The position numbers and the translations under genes were made by a program. The notes below the pieces were generated by a model. The model was not told the DNA's origin and ran no database searches. It was given only the letters and a program-made list of their open reading frames with translations. A stretch of DNA of 59,419 nucleotides, from positions 1-59,419 of IMG/VR virus record IMGVR_UViG_3300008108_000072; one strand, written 5' to 3'. Shown here piece after piece: positions 46,120 to 55,025 of the stretch (the first letter of the stretch is position 1; each line of letters begins with the position of its first letter). The stretch is from a virus (taxonomy: Duplodnaviria > Caudoviricetes).

Positions 46120-46365
46120 TTATGATGATTGTTTTGCTTCATAATCCTGTTGGAGTTCTTTCTCATTATAATAGAGAAACACTTCATCAGGATATTGTCC
46201 TATCCATTCTAGGAACTCATCACCTATGGCAATAGCATTATCCATTTGGTTTTCTTCCATTAAATGTTGGAAGCGATCCTGCATGTATAATAAGATCTGA
46301 TCTGATTGTTCAGATACAGATTCATATTCTTTTTCTTGTTGTCTTTGTTCTTCGTCTGGTGTCAT
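46120..46365 (-). CDS. Acidic hypothetical protein
   Basis: 81-aa ORF in an operon with 4-nt overlaps. Confidence 0.7.
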   Translation of the reverse strand: MTPDEEQRQQEKEYESVSEQSDQILLYMQDRFQHLMEENQMDNAIAIGDEFLEWIGQYPDEVFLYYNEKELQQDYEAKQSS

Positions 46366-46631
46366 TGGACCTCCACTGTTAATTCATTTTTTAAATGGTC
46401 ATAGTTAATAAAAGTATAGTTCTCAGGGAGAGATTCTACTAAAGCTTTGACGAATTCAAGTGGGAAATGACCATGGTAACGCCAAAAGATTTGATTACGA
46501 CGTTCATTTGATCCTGGTAATGGTTTAGGATGAATGATGTGTTGTCCTGGGGTGAGTTCAGGATAGGGCTCTAGTAGCTCTGTGACATGTTGTATCACTA
46601 AAGGTGATGGTCTAGTAGTAGATTGGCTCAT
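46362..46631 (-). CDS. Hypothetical protein
   Basis: 89-aa ORF, coupled overlaps. Confidence 0.7.
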   Translation of the reverse strand: MSQSTTRPSPLVIQHVTELLEPYPELTPGQHIIHPKPLPGSNERRNQIFWRYHGHFPLEFVKALVESLPENYTFINYDHLKNELTVEVQ

Positions 46632-46846
46632 TTGACATACATGGCAGGTGTGTACTGTTGAAGGAAGTCTACAGAAGCTTTGTACAACTGATATTGATCA
46701 GGCACAAGATCCATCCAATCAATCAGATCAAATGAATCCCAATCCACTGAACCATCATCATTGACATCACAAATGACGGGAGTGCCCATTTCGTCCAGCA
46801 TGATTGCTTTATCTTCAATCACGAAATACATTTGGTCGTGTTCCAT
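46628..46846 (-). CDS. Hypothetical protein
   Basis: 72 aa; GGAGG RBS; promoter TTGACA-17-TACACT at 46872-46900. Confidence 0.75.
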   Translation of the reverse strand: MEHDQMYFVIEDKAIMLDEMGTPVICDVNDDGSVDWDSFDLIDWMDLVPDQYQLYKASVDFLQQYTPAMYVK

Positions 46847-46882
46847 GTTCCTCCGTTGAGTGTATGTAGTGAGTGTAGCAGA

Positions 46883-47104
46883 TCAGGTGGCTGATGTCAA
46901 CACCTTGGGTAGACCCACAAGGATCAAGAAAGAGAGCAGAGCCACAACATCCCAACACTTATTCCGTATCATGTACGGAAGTGCTAGGGCATTTGCTACC
47001 ATGTACAACTTGGCACCTGTTACAGTGTCATGGTACATGGTAATATAATATGCTGTGACAACAAGAATAGATGATATGATTCTTGCTTTTACATCAGGTT
47101 TCAT
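46883..47104 (-). CDS. Small membrane protein
   Basis: Three hydrophobic segments; likely start MKPDVK. Confidence 0.65.
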   Translation of the reverse strand: MKPDVKARIISSILVVTAYYITMYHDTVTGAKLYMVANALALPYMIRNKCWDVVALLSFLILVGLPKVLTSAT

Positions 47105-47354
47105 ACTCTTTGAGGACAATGTTCTTTGATTTAGGGAACATATCTTCTCCTCTCATGACATATTCTACGAAACGCTCCACACGTTCGAGACTAGTATCAT
47201 GTGATTGTGACATCATCTCACTCGTATACTTCAACATCATGAAGAAATCATCACGACATTCTATCCAAATACCAAATCGTCGTACTTGAGCATGATACCA
47301 ATGAATATCAGGATTGTTTGTTAAGGATGGCTTTCGAATAATTCTCATTTTCAT
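47094..47354 (-). CDS. Hypothetical protein
   Basis: 86-aa ORF with coupled overlaps. Confidence 0.65.
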   Translation of the reverse strand: MKMRIIRKPSLTNNPDIHWYHAQVRRFGIWIECRDDFFMMLKYTSEMMSQSHDTSLERVERFVEYVMRGEDMFPKSKNIVLKEYET

Positions 47355-47638
47355 GGTGTTACCTCTTGTGTAGGGGGCTCTGGAGGGGCTGGTGGTACTT
47401 GTGGCGTGGGTGGCAGCTGTGGCATGATTGGAGCCTGCTGCTGGGGCATCTGGAGGGGGCTGGAGAGCTTTTCTTCTAGCTTCTCCTCCAACTGTGTGAG
47501 TTTCTGCTCAATAGCAGGTTGTGGTTCTTCTGGTTTATATTCTGGCTGATTCTGTGCCAGTTTATAACCAGCAGCACCAGCAGCGAAAATACTAGCCAGT
47601 GCTGCTACTGTGGAGACAGTTGATTGAAACTTACTCAT
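47351..47638 (-). CDS. Membrane-anchored proline-rich hypothetical protein
   Basis: N-terminal hydrophobic helix, coiled coil, Pro/Gln tail; start MSKFQS. Confidence 0.7.
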   Translation of the reverse strand: MSKFQSTVSTVAALASIFAAGAAGYKLAQNQPEYKPEEPQPAIEQKLTQLEEKLEEKLSSPLQMPQQQAPIMPQLPPTPQVPPAPPEPPTQEVTP

Positions 47639-47819
47639 TTTTGTTGATGATGGCTTTGAGTTCAAAGATGGCGTTACTTACAGTCGCCTCAAGATAACCA
47701 TAACAATAGGGATACCCATGCTCATTTTGAATGGCAGGGTTCTTAGTCACCTTCAGGGCATCTTGGAGACCTTCCAGAATGCTTTCCAGATGCCAGGTGG
47801 TGACTTTGGTGCTGCTCAT
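47631..47819 (-). CDS. Hypothetical protein
   Basis: 62 aa with GYPYCYGY motif; promoter TAGACT (47843-47848) with palindrome at 47880-47897. Confidence 0.7.
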   Translation of the reverse strand: MSSTKVTTWHLESILEGLQDALKVTKNPAIQNEHGYPYCYGYLEATVSNAIFELKAIINKNE

Positions 47820-47840
47820 GTTGAGTTGGGTGAACTGAGA

Positions 47841-47996
47841 TCAGTCTAGCTCTCTCAGGTCATCCAGCAGGTCTTCTGGGACAGTCTCGTAACTGTCCTC
47901 CAGATAGATGTGTTCAGCACTTTGTAGAATACTCTTCCTCATGCTGTAATCATCATACATGTATTCAGTTGTGTCAAAGTCAGAAAAGTAAGTCAT
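47841..47996 (-). CDS. 51-aa acidic hypothetical protein (MTYFSDFDTT...)
   Basis: Translated by hand; contains the downstream promoter and palindrome in its coding sequence. Confidence 0.55.
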   Translation of the reverse strand: MTYFSDFDTTEYMYDDYSMRKSILQSAEHIYLEDSYETVPEDLLDDLRELD

Positions 47997-48253
47997 GATT
48001 CGTGTGAATGGTTTCCTTTTACAAGTTCAAGTGTATCATACTGTGGAGGATATACAATTACACATACATCCCTCACTCGTTCAGTTGGAAATTCTCGTAT
48101 ACAAACTGTCATGTAATGTTCACAGGCAAATCTTACATGCCCATACATGCCTTTATAATATACTTCTGTTCCTACGGGCAGCATACTCGTACTCTGTAAT
48201 TGGTCGTTCTCCAGCAGTTGATCCATCATTATCAGGGTACATACAATTAGCAA
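47993..48253 (-). CDS. Hypothetical protein (true start probably internal, near MLPVGTEVYY)
   Basis: ORF track; GxxVxY..G.V.F pattern. Confidence 0.55.
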   Translation of the reverse strand: MLIVCTLIMMDQLLENDQLQSTSMLPVGTEVYYKGMYGHVRFACEHYMTVCIREFPTERVRDVCVIVYPPQYDTLELVKGNHSHES

Positions 48254-48416
48254 TATACAATGCTTGATGTGAATTGTTTGCTACCACATATACATCAGCA
48301 ATAATACAATTAGGCACATCATCGGGAGCATCTTGTAAAGGCAAATACACCTCCACAAGATACACTTTGCCGTTCTTTAAATGATTTTCAAAATCAATAA
48401 CAAGATCAGACATCAT
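48153..48416 (-). CDS. Hypothetical protein
   Basis: 87 aa with DVYVVA..A.YIA..MYPD pattern. Confidence 0.7.
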   Translation of the reverse strand: MMSDLVIDFENHLKNGKVYLVEVYLPLQDAPDDVPNCIIADVYVVANNSHQALYIANCMYPDNDGSTAGERPITEYEYAARRNRSIL

Positions 48417-48576
48417 ACTCTTTATTCAATTCAGATGTCAGTTCAAAACGTAGTTCGTCAATCTCTTCACGAAGATGTCTGATTTCTTTCTGTAATCCAA
48501 TGATTTCACCTTGTTGTGTTTTGATCAGTTCAGCATACTCTGCAATGAGAGCTTCTGCTTGTTCTAGGCTTGTCAT
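48406..48576 (-). CDS. Coiled-coil hypothetical protein (MTSLEQAE...)
   Basis: Start re-assigned; CTAAATA late promoter at 48600-48606. Confidence 0.65.
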   Translation of the reverse strand: MTSLEQAEALIAEYAELIKTQQGEIIGLQKEIRHLREEIDELRFELTSELNKEYDV

Positions 48577-48642
48577 ACTAGTTACCTTGGGACAAATGAT
48601 ATTTAGTGTGTCGCTACAGTTGGATGTAGCGACACTATACAA

Positions 48643-50253
48643 TCAAAGAGTATAAAACTCAGTGGAAGAGTAAATGTTTCTGTCGAGATATTCAAGAGTT
48701 GACGGGGCATACTCAAGGTTTTGAATAACATACTGTTTGTAGATTTCATGGATTCTTGCCAACGTTTGAATGTTAGCATAATCCATTTCGCCAGTAGCAA
48801 TCTTGTATTCAATCTTGCTCTTGGCAATGGCATCATAGCCCATCCCGTTGGCAATGTAAAGGGTCCCCAGGAACGTATCGTAATTATTCGTTACGTTTGC
48901 TCCGTGAAGCGTTTCCATGTATAGTCTGGGTGACTTCACAATTTTACTCGTGAGGTCATCATCACTGATGAGTTTAACATTTTCACGGATTGATTTCCAA
49001 TATGGAGTATCATCACGTTGAGAAAGCACATAGTGCATTGCCACAAAATCTTTGAATTGTTCAATGGTATAATCAGCAAAATGATTGAACCCATCAATAT
49101 CAATCAAGTTGATGTCACACTTACGACGCTCAAGAGCATTGATTAAACAAATAATATTCTCGTGAGCGGTGAGAAGACCAGTTGATTCAAGTGGCTCAAT
49201 GAAACCATATGACAAGCCAATACCAACTACATTCTTCACCCATGCTTTTTTATGCTTGCCATGTTTGATCTTGATGAAATTAAACTCTAGATCATCCATA
49301 TCAAATGATCGTACCATGAATCGAAGATCATATTTTTTTAAGATGTGATCTTTGTACTCTTGGAGAGCAGTTTCATCATCAACAAACTTACTGGAGTAAA
49401 CATATCCAGAGCCCATACGATCCCACAAAGGAATTGTCCACACCCAACCATTTGGCATAGACCAACAATCAGTATAGTTTACCAGCTCTTCAGGTTTATC
49501 TGAGTATGGGATTTTACAAGCAATTGCTCTGTCATTGTATAGAACATCATCAAATGGCACGAATTCTGAATTCATTTCTTGTTCAAGTAGAACAGAAGAG
49601 AATCCAGTACAGTCAATAAACAAATCAGCATATACTGTGCCATTTTGTTTTGTGTCTACACTGGCAACATAACCATCATCTGACTTGTTGACCTTAACAA
49701 CTGTATCTGAAATATGTTCAACACCATTCTTATCACAAATGTGTGTCTTGAGGTATTTGGCAAAGAGATCAGCATCAAAATGATATGCTGTATCACGATT
49801 GAAATTCAAATTCCTAATGGTGCTGTTGTCATTAGTGAGTTTGTTTTGGGTAGCAAGAAATGTTATTGGATTATAATACTCAGCAAATGTATCTGGTTCA
49901 TAACTATTGTCGATATGCTTGATATAATACCAATCTTCCAAACCTATCTTGTTAGTCGAATCGAGTGGACCAAAGGGATAATGGAATCGTGTATTACGTT
50001 GCCTCCAATCAGTAAAGCTAATTGATACCTTGTATGTGGCATTACAATGCTTCATCCAATCAGTATCCTTCAATTTAAGCAGATGTAAATACTGGTTAAA
50101 TTGACCAAGCGTAGACTCTCCCACACCAACAGTGCTAATTTCAGGAGATTCAATGATAGTTACCATACATGTAGGTATTCTCTTGGCGATGGCAGCAGCA
50201 GTCATCCAACCAGCAGTTCCACCACCAACAACACAAATTTTATTAATAATCAT
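48643..50253 (-). CDS. prnA: Tryptophan halogenase-like flavin-dependent halogenase
   Basis: VVGGGTAGW, VGVGEST, ATYKxxI, DLFIDCTGF, GWVWTIP (WxWxIP), GFIEPLESTG motifs. Confidence 0.92.
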   Translation of the reverse strand: MIINKICVVGGGTAGWMTAAAIAKRIPTCMVTIIESPEISTVGVGESTLGQFNQYLHLLKLKDTDWMKHCNATYKVSISFTDWRQRNTRFHYPFGPLDSTNKIGLEDWYYIKHIDNSYEPDTFAEYYNPITFLATQNKLTNDNSTIRNLNFNRDTAYHFDADLFAKYLKTHICDKNGVEHISDTVVKVNKSDDGYVASVDTKQNGTVYADLFIDCTGFSSVLLEQEMNSEFVPFDDVLYNDRAIACKIPYSDKPEELVNYTDCWSMPNGWVWTIPLWDRMGSGYVYSSKFVDDETALQEYKDHILKKYDLRFMVRSFDMDDLEFNFIKIKHGKHKKAWVKNVVGIGLSYGFIEPLESTGLLTAHENIICLINALERRKCDINLIDIDGFNHFADYTIEQFKDFVAMHYVLSQRDDTPYWKSIRENVKLISDDDLTSKIVKSPRLYMETLHGANVTNNYDTFLGTLYIANGMGYDAIAKSKIEYKIATGEMDYANIQTLARIHEIYKQYVIQNLEYAPSTLEYLDRNIYSSTEFYTL

Positions 50254-50375
50254 GATTTGCCATTTACTGTAACGTAATAATTATAACACATACTTGAACG
50301 GTTGAGAAGCTCCTCTTGGTGTAGAGTGTAACCAGCCACACCAAGAGCAAACAAAACAAAAATAACTGATTTCAT
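50250..50375 (-). CDS. 41-aa hypothetical protein with signal-like N-terminus
   Basis: Translated by hand (MKSVIFVLFALGVAG...); ATGA overlaps on both sides. Confidence 0.5.
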   Translation of the reverse strand: MKSVIFVLFALGVAGYTLHQEELLNRSSMCYNYYVTVNGKS

Positions 50376-50581
50376 CCCATACCTCGGGGGAATTCATGTT
50401 TACAATCAGGACACAACCAATGATTGATTCTATCCTCACCAAGAAACTCAATGCCAATCACACGAGAGTAGAAATAAGGCGGAGAATAATGCTGTCGATA
50501 CTCTTTGGGGATGGGTTTATCCACCCAGTTTGCCCCACATTCGGGACAGTTCCGCATCTTAGTGATATTTGTGTACTTCAT
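50372..50581 (-). CDS. Zinc-ribbon hypothetical protein
   Basis: CPEC ... CPDC motifs. Confidence 0.75.
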   Translation of the reverse strand: MKYTNITKMRNCPECGANWVDKPIPKEYRQHYSPPYFYSRVIGIEFLGEDRINHWLCPDCKHEFPRGMG

Positions 50582-50701
50582 TCACATAAACTCCATCATG
50601 TAATAGTCTACAGTTACCTCAAGTTCCGCAGCTTTCTCCTCAATGGCTTGATCGAATGCGGAATCAATCTCAAATTGGTCGTGTTCCTGTTGTTCAGTCA
50701 T
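50582..50701 (-). CDS. 39-aa hypothetical protein (…IEEKAAELEVTVDYYMMEFM)
   Basis: Start re-assigned to MTEQQEH; C-terminal motif typical of small cyanophage ORFs. Confidence 0.65.
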   Translation of the reverse strand: MTEQQEHDQFEIDSAFDQAIEEKAAELEVTVDYYMMEFM

Positions 50702-50867
50702 TGGTTTCAAGTGCTTCCCAAGCAGTAAATAGTTTAGCATAGAGTTCGTTTCCGTCAATCTTTGTGTGATTTTCAAGATGAACCTGGATGTGTTGGTTGA
50801 GATACTGGAGAGCAGAGACAAGATAGTTAAGCTCTCCAGAATTGAGACGTACAAAATCCTCAGGCAT
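50694..50867 (-). CDS. Hypothetical protein (MPEDFVRLN...)
   Basis: Start re-assigned to avoid a long overlap. Confidence 0.6.
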   Translation of the reverse strand: MPEDFVRLNSGELNYLVSALQYLNQHIQVHLENHTKIDGNELYAKLFTAWEALETND

Positions 50868-51051
50868 CGTAGCCAGCATAGCGGAGCATGGCTCGTCGGG
50901 CATCATAGGCAGTGAACTCATTAGGGTAGACTCCAAGGCAGTGGCGAGTCTCACGATCAATGATCTCCCACTTGCTCGTACCAATCCTAGCACGAACGAT
51001 CATGGGGTTGTCAATGCCCAGGGGATAAGGCTTTTTGGTGGTCATGCTCAT
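50860..51051 (-). CDS. Hypothetical protein
   Basis: 63-aa ORF, coupled overlaps. Confidence 0.7.
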   Translation of the reverse strand: MSMTTKKPYPLGIDNPMIVRARIGTSKWEIIDRETRHCLGVYPNEFTAYDARRAMLRYAGYDA

Positions 51052-51224
51052 TGGATTTTACCCTCGCTAATGTCGTTGATAATGAATCGAAGTTTGTCAA
51101 TAGTCTCTTGATCAACATAATTGTCGATCATCGTGTCTGTGTTGTAGCAGTCTACAATAAGCTTAGCAGCATCGTAGACAGCAGCAACAGCTTCGTCACG
51201 GGTTTCAAATTGAAAGTTGCTCAT
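51048..51224 (-). CDS. Hypothetical early protein (MSNFQFETRDE...)
   Basis: Below promoter TTGACA-17-CATAAT (51250-51278); palindrome at 51288-51305. Confidence 0.7.
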   Translation of the reverse strand: MSNFQFETRDEAVAAVYDAAKLIVDCYNTDTMIDNYVDQETIDKLRFIINDISEGKIQ

Positions 51225-51294
51225 GAGGTGTTCTCTTGAGTACCCCCATATTATGGCATCCCTTCGTGGGCATGTCAAGGGGTGTGTGCCAGTT

Positions 51295-53070
51295 TCAAGA
51301 CAGTAACAGGTGAGGTGCCGAATCGTAGGCTGCTTGTGGTACGTTCTTCAACTCTGCTGTAATAGCACTCTTGATTGTAGTAATTCCTTCAGAATAATCG
51401 TATATCTTGTAACCTTTCTTACTGATCACACCATATATGGTCAAGAATATACGTTGTTTGAGATATGTTTGATAACTCTTGCCACCAATAAAAGTAAACC
51501 ACGCCAGCTGAGCATGTACATAGTGAGCTTCTATTCTATCATCTGTCTCTTGTTTAGTTGCTGGTCTAGTGATTTGTATTTTATCCTTATCTTTAGGTCC
51601 TTTCTTGTTTGGATTGGGTATCATGTCTTTCATAGTGAAACTAGCAAACTCATCTGATATTTTGATGGATGGGCTTATCTGTTTCCTCACGAGATTGATT
51701 AAACAAACCTGATATGCTATGTGAGATTGCTGTCTACCATTTTCTTCATCATACAAAGCAAAAAAGTCTTTTAAGTTTTTGGATTGCTTAACAGTATATA
51801 ATATCTTCTTCGTTACTAATTCACCTGTTGCTTTCATGTAAAGTTGTTTCAACTTAGGCGAGAATGTTTTTGTGTCTACATTACCAGTTTCTTTCCCAGT
51901 TAACACATACTTAAATGCTCTCATTCTCATGTTGACTAGTTTTCTTATTACAGTAGAATACTCACTGTATTGTTCATAGAAATGTTCAAATGTTGATACA
52001 CCACCGCCACCAGTCCATGGAGGACCTTGATGCCCAACTTGAACAAAACCATTCCAGCCAGCACCATATCCTTGAGCAAGGAATACAATCTTGTAATTAA
52101 TATCACTCATTGGCTCAGCATCTCTACCAAATACTTTCTGTGCTGCCACTTTATATCTAAATGTCACAGGCAACTCCCATGTCAATACTTTAGGAGACAC
52201 TTTAAACTGACCGTATTCTATTTTGATTAGATTTTCAATTAATGATTTTAGTTGTTGTGGTGTAGATGAAAGAGCCAGAACCATAAACTTAGTATATGGA
52301 TCAATATAATCAGATACTTCTTTCTTTACTCTCTGTGTTCCAATAATGTTTATGTATTTCTTTTGTTCAATTGTGCCAGGTAGTTTTAATGATACTGGCA
52401 CTAGTGATCTAGTATTAGATGAAGAATAAAAGTATCTGTTTAAAATTGTTCTGTATGTGTGACGATTCAAACAATAGTTCTTTAATATAGTAGCATCGTC
52501 AGCATTTATTATATTTGTGTTGATGTCATTCAATATTTCAGTTTTTTTATTTTTGTTGACAATAAACACATCAAAGCTAGCAAGCATGTCCAGTTTAAAT
52601 GATAATCCAAACACATCTTTAATTCTATTCAAAGCAGCATCTTTGACAGTCATTGTAAAACTATCAGTCTGATCTAAAAATTCATAGATTGACCAGTTCT
52701 GTCCAATAACCTGAGAATCATATAAAGTTAATGCTACATCGTATACTTTTTGTACCGTAGAGTTAGCTGTAATCTTATTGTCTTTCTTGCTATATTTTGT
52801 TTTGAATTCATTAATCGTTTTTCTAAACGGAAATGATTTGCCTAGATTATGCCTGTATGATAGTAAATTTAAGTTTCCGAGACCAAGAGTTCTCCTATCA
52901 TTAATTGGTAAGAAAAGCTGATAGAATTTCTCTTGATGTTCTTTGTACAGAGCATAATCTGTGGGAGACAACGGGCGAGTGTTGTTCCAATTTATTGGAT
53001 TAGAGGCAAAATGAGCAAATGCCAAACACTGGACAAATTCTTTGGTGTTTCCTGTGTTACCTTTTGCCAT
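51295..53070 (-). CDS. 591-aa orphan protein, possibly with a PD-(D/E)xK-like nuclease fold
   Basis: Long AT-rich, Lys-rich ORF; SFDVFIV...LVPVSLKL motif pair; own late promoter CTAAATA at 53088-53094. Confidence 0.6.
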   Translation of the reverse strand: MAKGNTGNTKEFVQCLAFAHFASNPINWNNTRPLSPTDYALYKEHQEKFYQLFLPINDRRTLGLGNLNLLSYRHNLGKSFPFRKTINEFKTKYSKKDNKITANSTVQKVYDVALTLYDSQVIGQNWSIYEFLDQTDSFTMTVKDAALNRIKDVFGLSFKLDMLASFDVFIVNKNKKTEILNDINTNIINADDATILKNYCLNRHTYRTILNRYFYSSSNTRSLVPVSLKLPGTIEQKKYINIIGTQRVKKEVSDYIDPYTKFMVLALSSTPQQLKSLIENLIKIEYGQFKVSPKVLTWELPVTFRYKVAAQKVFGRDAEPMSDINYKIVFLAQGYGAGWNGFVQVGHQGPPWTGGGGVSTFEHFYEQYSEYSTVIRKLVNMRMRAFKYVLTGKETGNVDTKTFSPKLKQLYMKATGELVTKKILYTVKQSKNLKDFFALYDEENGRQQSHIAYQVCLINLVRKQISPSIKISDEFASFTMKDMIPNPNKKGPKDKDKIQITRPATKQETDDRIEAHYVHAQLAWFTFIGGKSYQTYLKQRIFLTIYGVISKKGYKIYDYSEGITTIKSAITAELKNVPQAAYDSAPHLLLS

Positions 53071-53086
53071 GGGTCATAGTTTTTAA

Positions 53087-53248
53087 CTATTTAGATTTAC
53101 GCTTTGGCTTCTTCTGTTTTTCTCTATGTTTTTTCAGTGCCTCAATAGCTTGCTCATCTGTCTTGTGATCGCTGAGCTGCTGTCCATTGTATATTAAAAC
53201 AAAACGGTCCCCCCAGGGGACCGTAGCATATCCATCTTTAGTTATCAT
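53087..53248 (-). CDS. 53-aa hypothetical protein (MITKDGYATVPWG...)
   Basis: Translated by hand; GYAxVPWG..IYNGQQ pattern. Confidence 0.6.
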   Translation of the reverse strand: MITKDGYATVPWGDRFVLIYNGQQLSDHKTDEQAIEALKKHREKQKKPKRKSK

Positions 53249-53405
53249 ATCCTAGTCTCTCTCTACAGTATTTAAACCGTTCCCATTCCTCGTCAGTGAA
53301 GTTATCACTAGCATATGGGATGCCCACTACATAAGCACAGAATTTGTTGATCTGTTCAGATTGATTGCTGGAAGCAATAATAGCACTGGCGAGGAGTTCA
53401 ATCAT
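53238..53405 (-). CDS. 55-aa hypothetical secreted protein (MIELLASAII...GIPYASDNF)
   Basis: Translated by hand; two Cys residues. Confidence 0.6.
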   Translation of the reverse strand: MIELLASAIIASSNQSEQINKFCAYVVGIPYASDNFTDEEWERFKYCRERLGYDN

Positions 53406-53407
53406 AA

Positions 53408-54147
53408 TCACTTACCGTCGAAACCACCTGGCAGGATGTCCATCTTAGCACCGTTCACGATAATCATCTTTTGGATGCTACCATTCTTCATTGCTTCACG
53501 GAGAATCTCATTACGCTGATACTCAAGATAGGACGGAGTGATAGTCGAAGCAAGAGATTTGTTCTCGTTCGATTTCAGTTCAGCAGTACGGTTCTTCACA
53601 ATCTGTTCCTTCTCAGCAGATTGAGCAGTCACCACACGGTTCACAGCAGCAACCAGATCCTCGGGAAGATCTGCTTTCACAACAACCACAGATTCAATAT
53701 CAATCTTGCCGCCCAGGTTGTTCTTATCCAGAGCAAGAATCAGATTCTGTTTGATGGTATCCTGAATCTTATCCAGACTGCTGTTCACATCCAGAGCAGG
53801 ATATTCGTCAACCGATTGGTTCACAGCAGAAGTAATCAGACGCTTGATGAAACTTGCCATCAGTTCAATCTGACCATTCTCACTTCCATATCTTTCATAA
53901 TGGTGTTGTCTTTGGTCTTCGGAGTCAGGTTATCCGATTGAACAGTGATCTTACGAGTGTTGAAGACTTTGATAGAACCGAAACCATCGTATTTAATACC
54001 AGGAGTCAGCACTTCATTCTTCACCTGACCATCAAATCCCACGTAGAGACCATTCTCACCAGTGTTGATGGTGGTGAATTGACCAGCAGTGAGCACGAGA
54101 GCGAGCAGAACACCGCCAGCACCAAGAACAATTTTGCCAGTAGACAT
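53408..54147 (-). pseudogene. SPFH/Band-7 (prohibitin-like) membrane protein split by a deletion or frameshift into 53860..54147 and 53408..53860
   Basis: N-part has a TM helix plus INTGENG...KTKD; C-part has IESVVV..ADLPEDLVAAV plus coiled coil; frame switch near 53880. Confidence 0.75.
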
Positions 54148-54174
54148 AGTTAGTTAGGGAGTAAAGAACAAGAA

Positions 54175-54336
54175 TTAGTCAGAAGTAACACCAGCGTAAA
54201 TCAACGCTACTGCTACGATGAGAAGAAGAACGAGGGGCAGCATCTTCATAAAGAACAATACTGGAATGCCCCTCGACAATAGAATCAGCAGGATAAGAAA
54301 TACACCTGCTCCAGTACCAAGAATACGAGCAATCAT
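54175..54336 (-). CDS. 53-aa two-TM membrane protein upstream of the SPFH gene
   Basis: Translated by hand (MIARILGTGAGVFLILL...); entirely hydrophobic. Confidence 0.65.
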   Translation of the reverse strand: MIARILGTGAGVFLILLILLSRGIPVLFFMKMLPLVLLLIVAVALIYAGVTSD

Positions 54337-54342
54337 TTTACA

Positions 54343-54756
54343 TCAGGGAGTAATCCAATCATAACCATCAGGTTGTTTAACAGTCTCATACCCATCATAT
54401 TCATCAATACGATAAGGACCAGAGACTTCTTTGATAGCAAGTTTAGCACAAGAACCGTCTGCTTTCTCTCCCAGTTCTTCTACAACTTGAACAAGAATGG
54501 GGTCGTGACGGGAAACATTATGATCATACCAAGTTTGTTTTGAATATCTTTCGTTGAAGTCCTTACGTTCATCTTGGGTCATCAATCGCCATTCTTTTTG
54601 GACTACACGTTCTTCAGGTGGAACCAACCAAACATTGAATCCCCACGAAGAATTTTCAATCCAAACTTGTTGACCTTTGATTTCCCAGTAACGCTCACAC
54701 GCTTCACGGGACAGACCGAACCCACCGTAGCAGGCATTATATACTACTTTAATCAC
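54343..54756 (-). CDS. Conserved phage hypothetical protein
   Basis: KVVYNACYGGFGLS...RHDPILVQVVEELG...YRIDEYDGYE motifs. Confidence 0.85.
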   Translation of the reverse strand: MIKVVYNACYGGFGLSREACERYWEIKGQQVWIENSSWGFNVWLVPPEERVVQKEWRLMTQDERKDFNERYSKQTWYDHNVSRHDPILVQVVEELGEKADGSCAKLAIKEVSGPYRIDEYDGYETVKQPDGYDWITP

Positions 54757-55025
54757 AGTGCTGCTACCTCTTCCATAATGATTTCTACATCACGCTCATC
54801 ACGATGACCAAGAACATCCTCAGTGATGGGAGTATCATAGCACAGTTCAAAGTCATCTTCATTTCCTTTGATGACTGCTACCTCATACAGATCATGGGCA
54901 TAACCATATGATCCAGGGAATCGTACCACACTCACACCATAACCATTGGGGAAAAAGTGTTTTGCTTGAACCCCGTCAGTAGTATAGTGTGGATGGGGTT
55001 GAAAGTCAAGATCAGTGAATTTCAT
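54753..55025 (-). CDS. Conserved phage hypothetical protein
   Basis: FPNGYGVSVV..GSYG...LYEVAV...YDTPITEDVLG; start MKFTDLDF. Confidence 0.8.
   Translation of the reverse strand: MKFTDLDFQPHPHYTTDGVQAKHFFPNGYGVSVVRFPGSYGYAHDLYEVAVIKGNEDDFELCYDTPITEDVLGHRDERDVEIIMEEVAAL

Noticed and set aside
48626-48640. Possible NtcA box
   Set aside because: Spacing is GTA-N9-TAC rather than N8, and the sequence is explained by the inverted repeat
53860-53890. Programmed ribosomal frameshift in the SPFH gene
   Set aside because: No slippery heptamer or stimulatory structure is visible, and sequence appears to be missing rather than merely shifted
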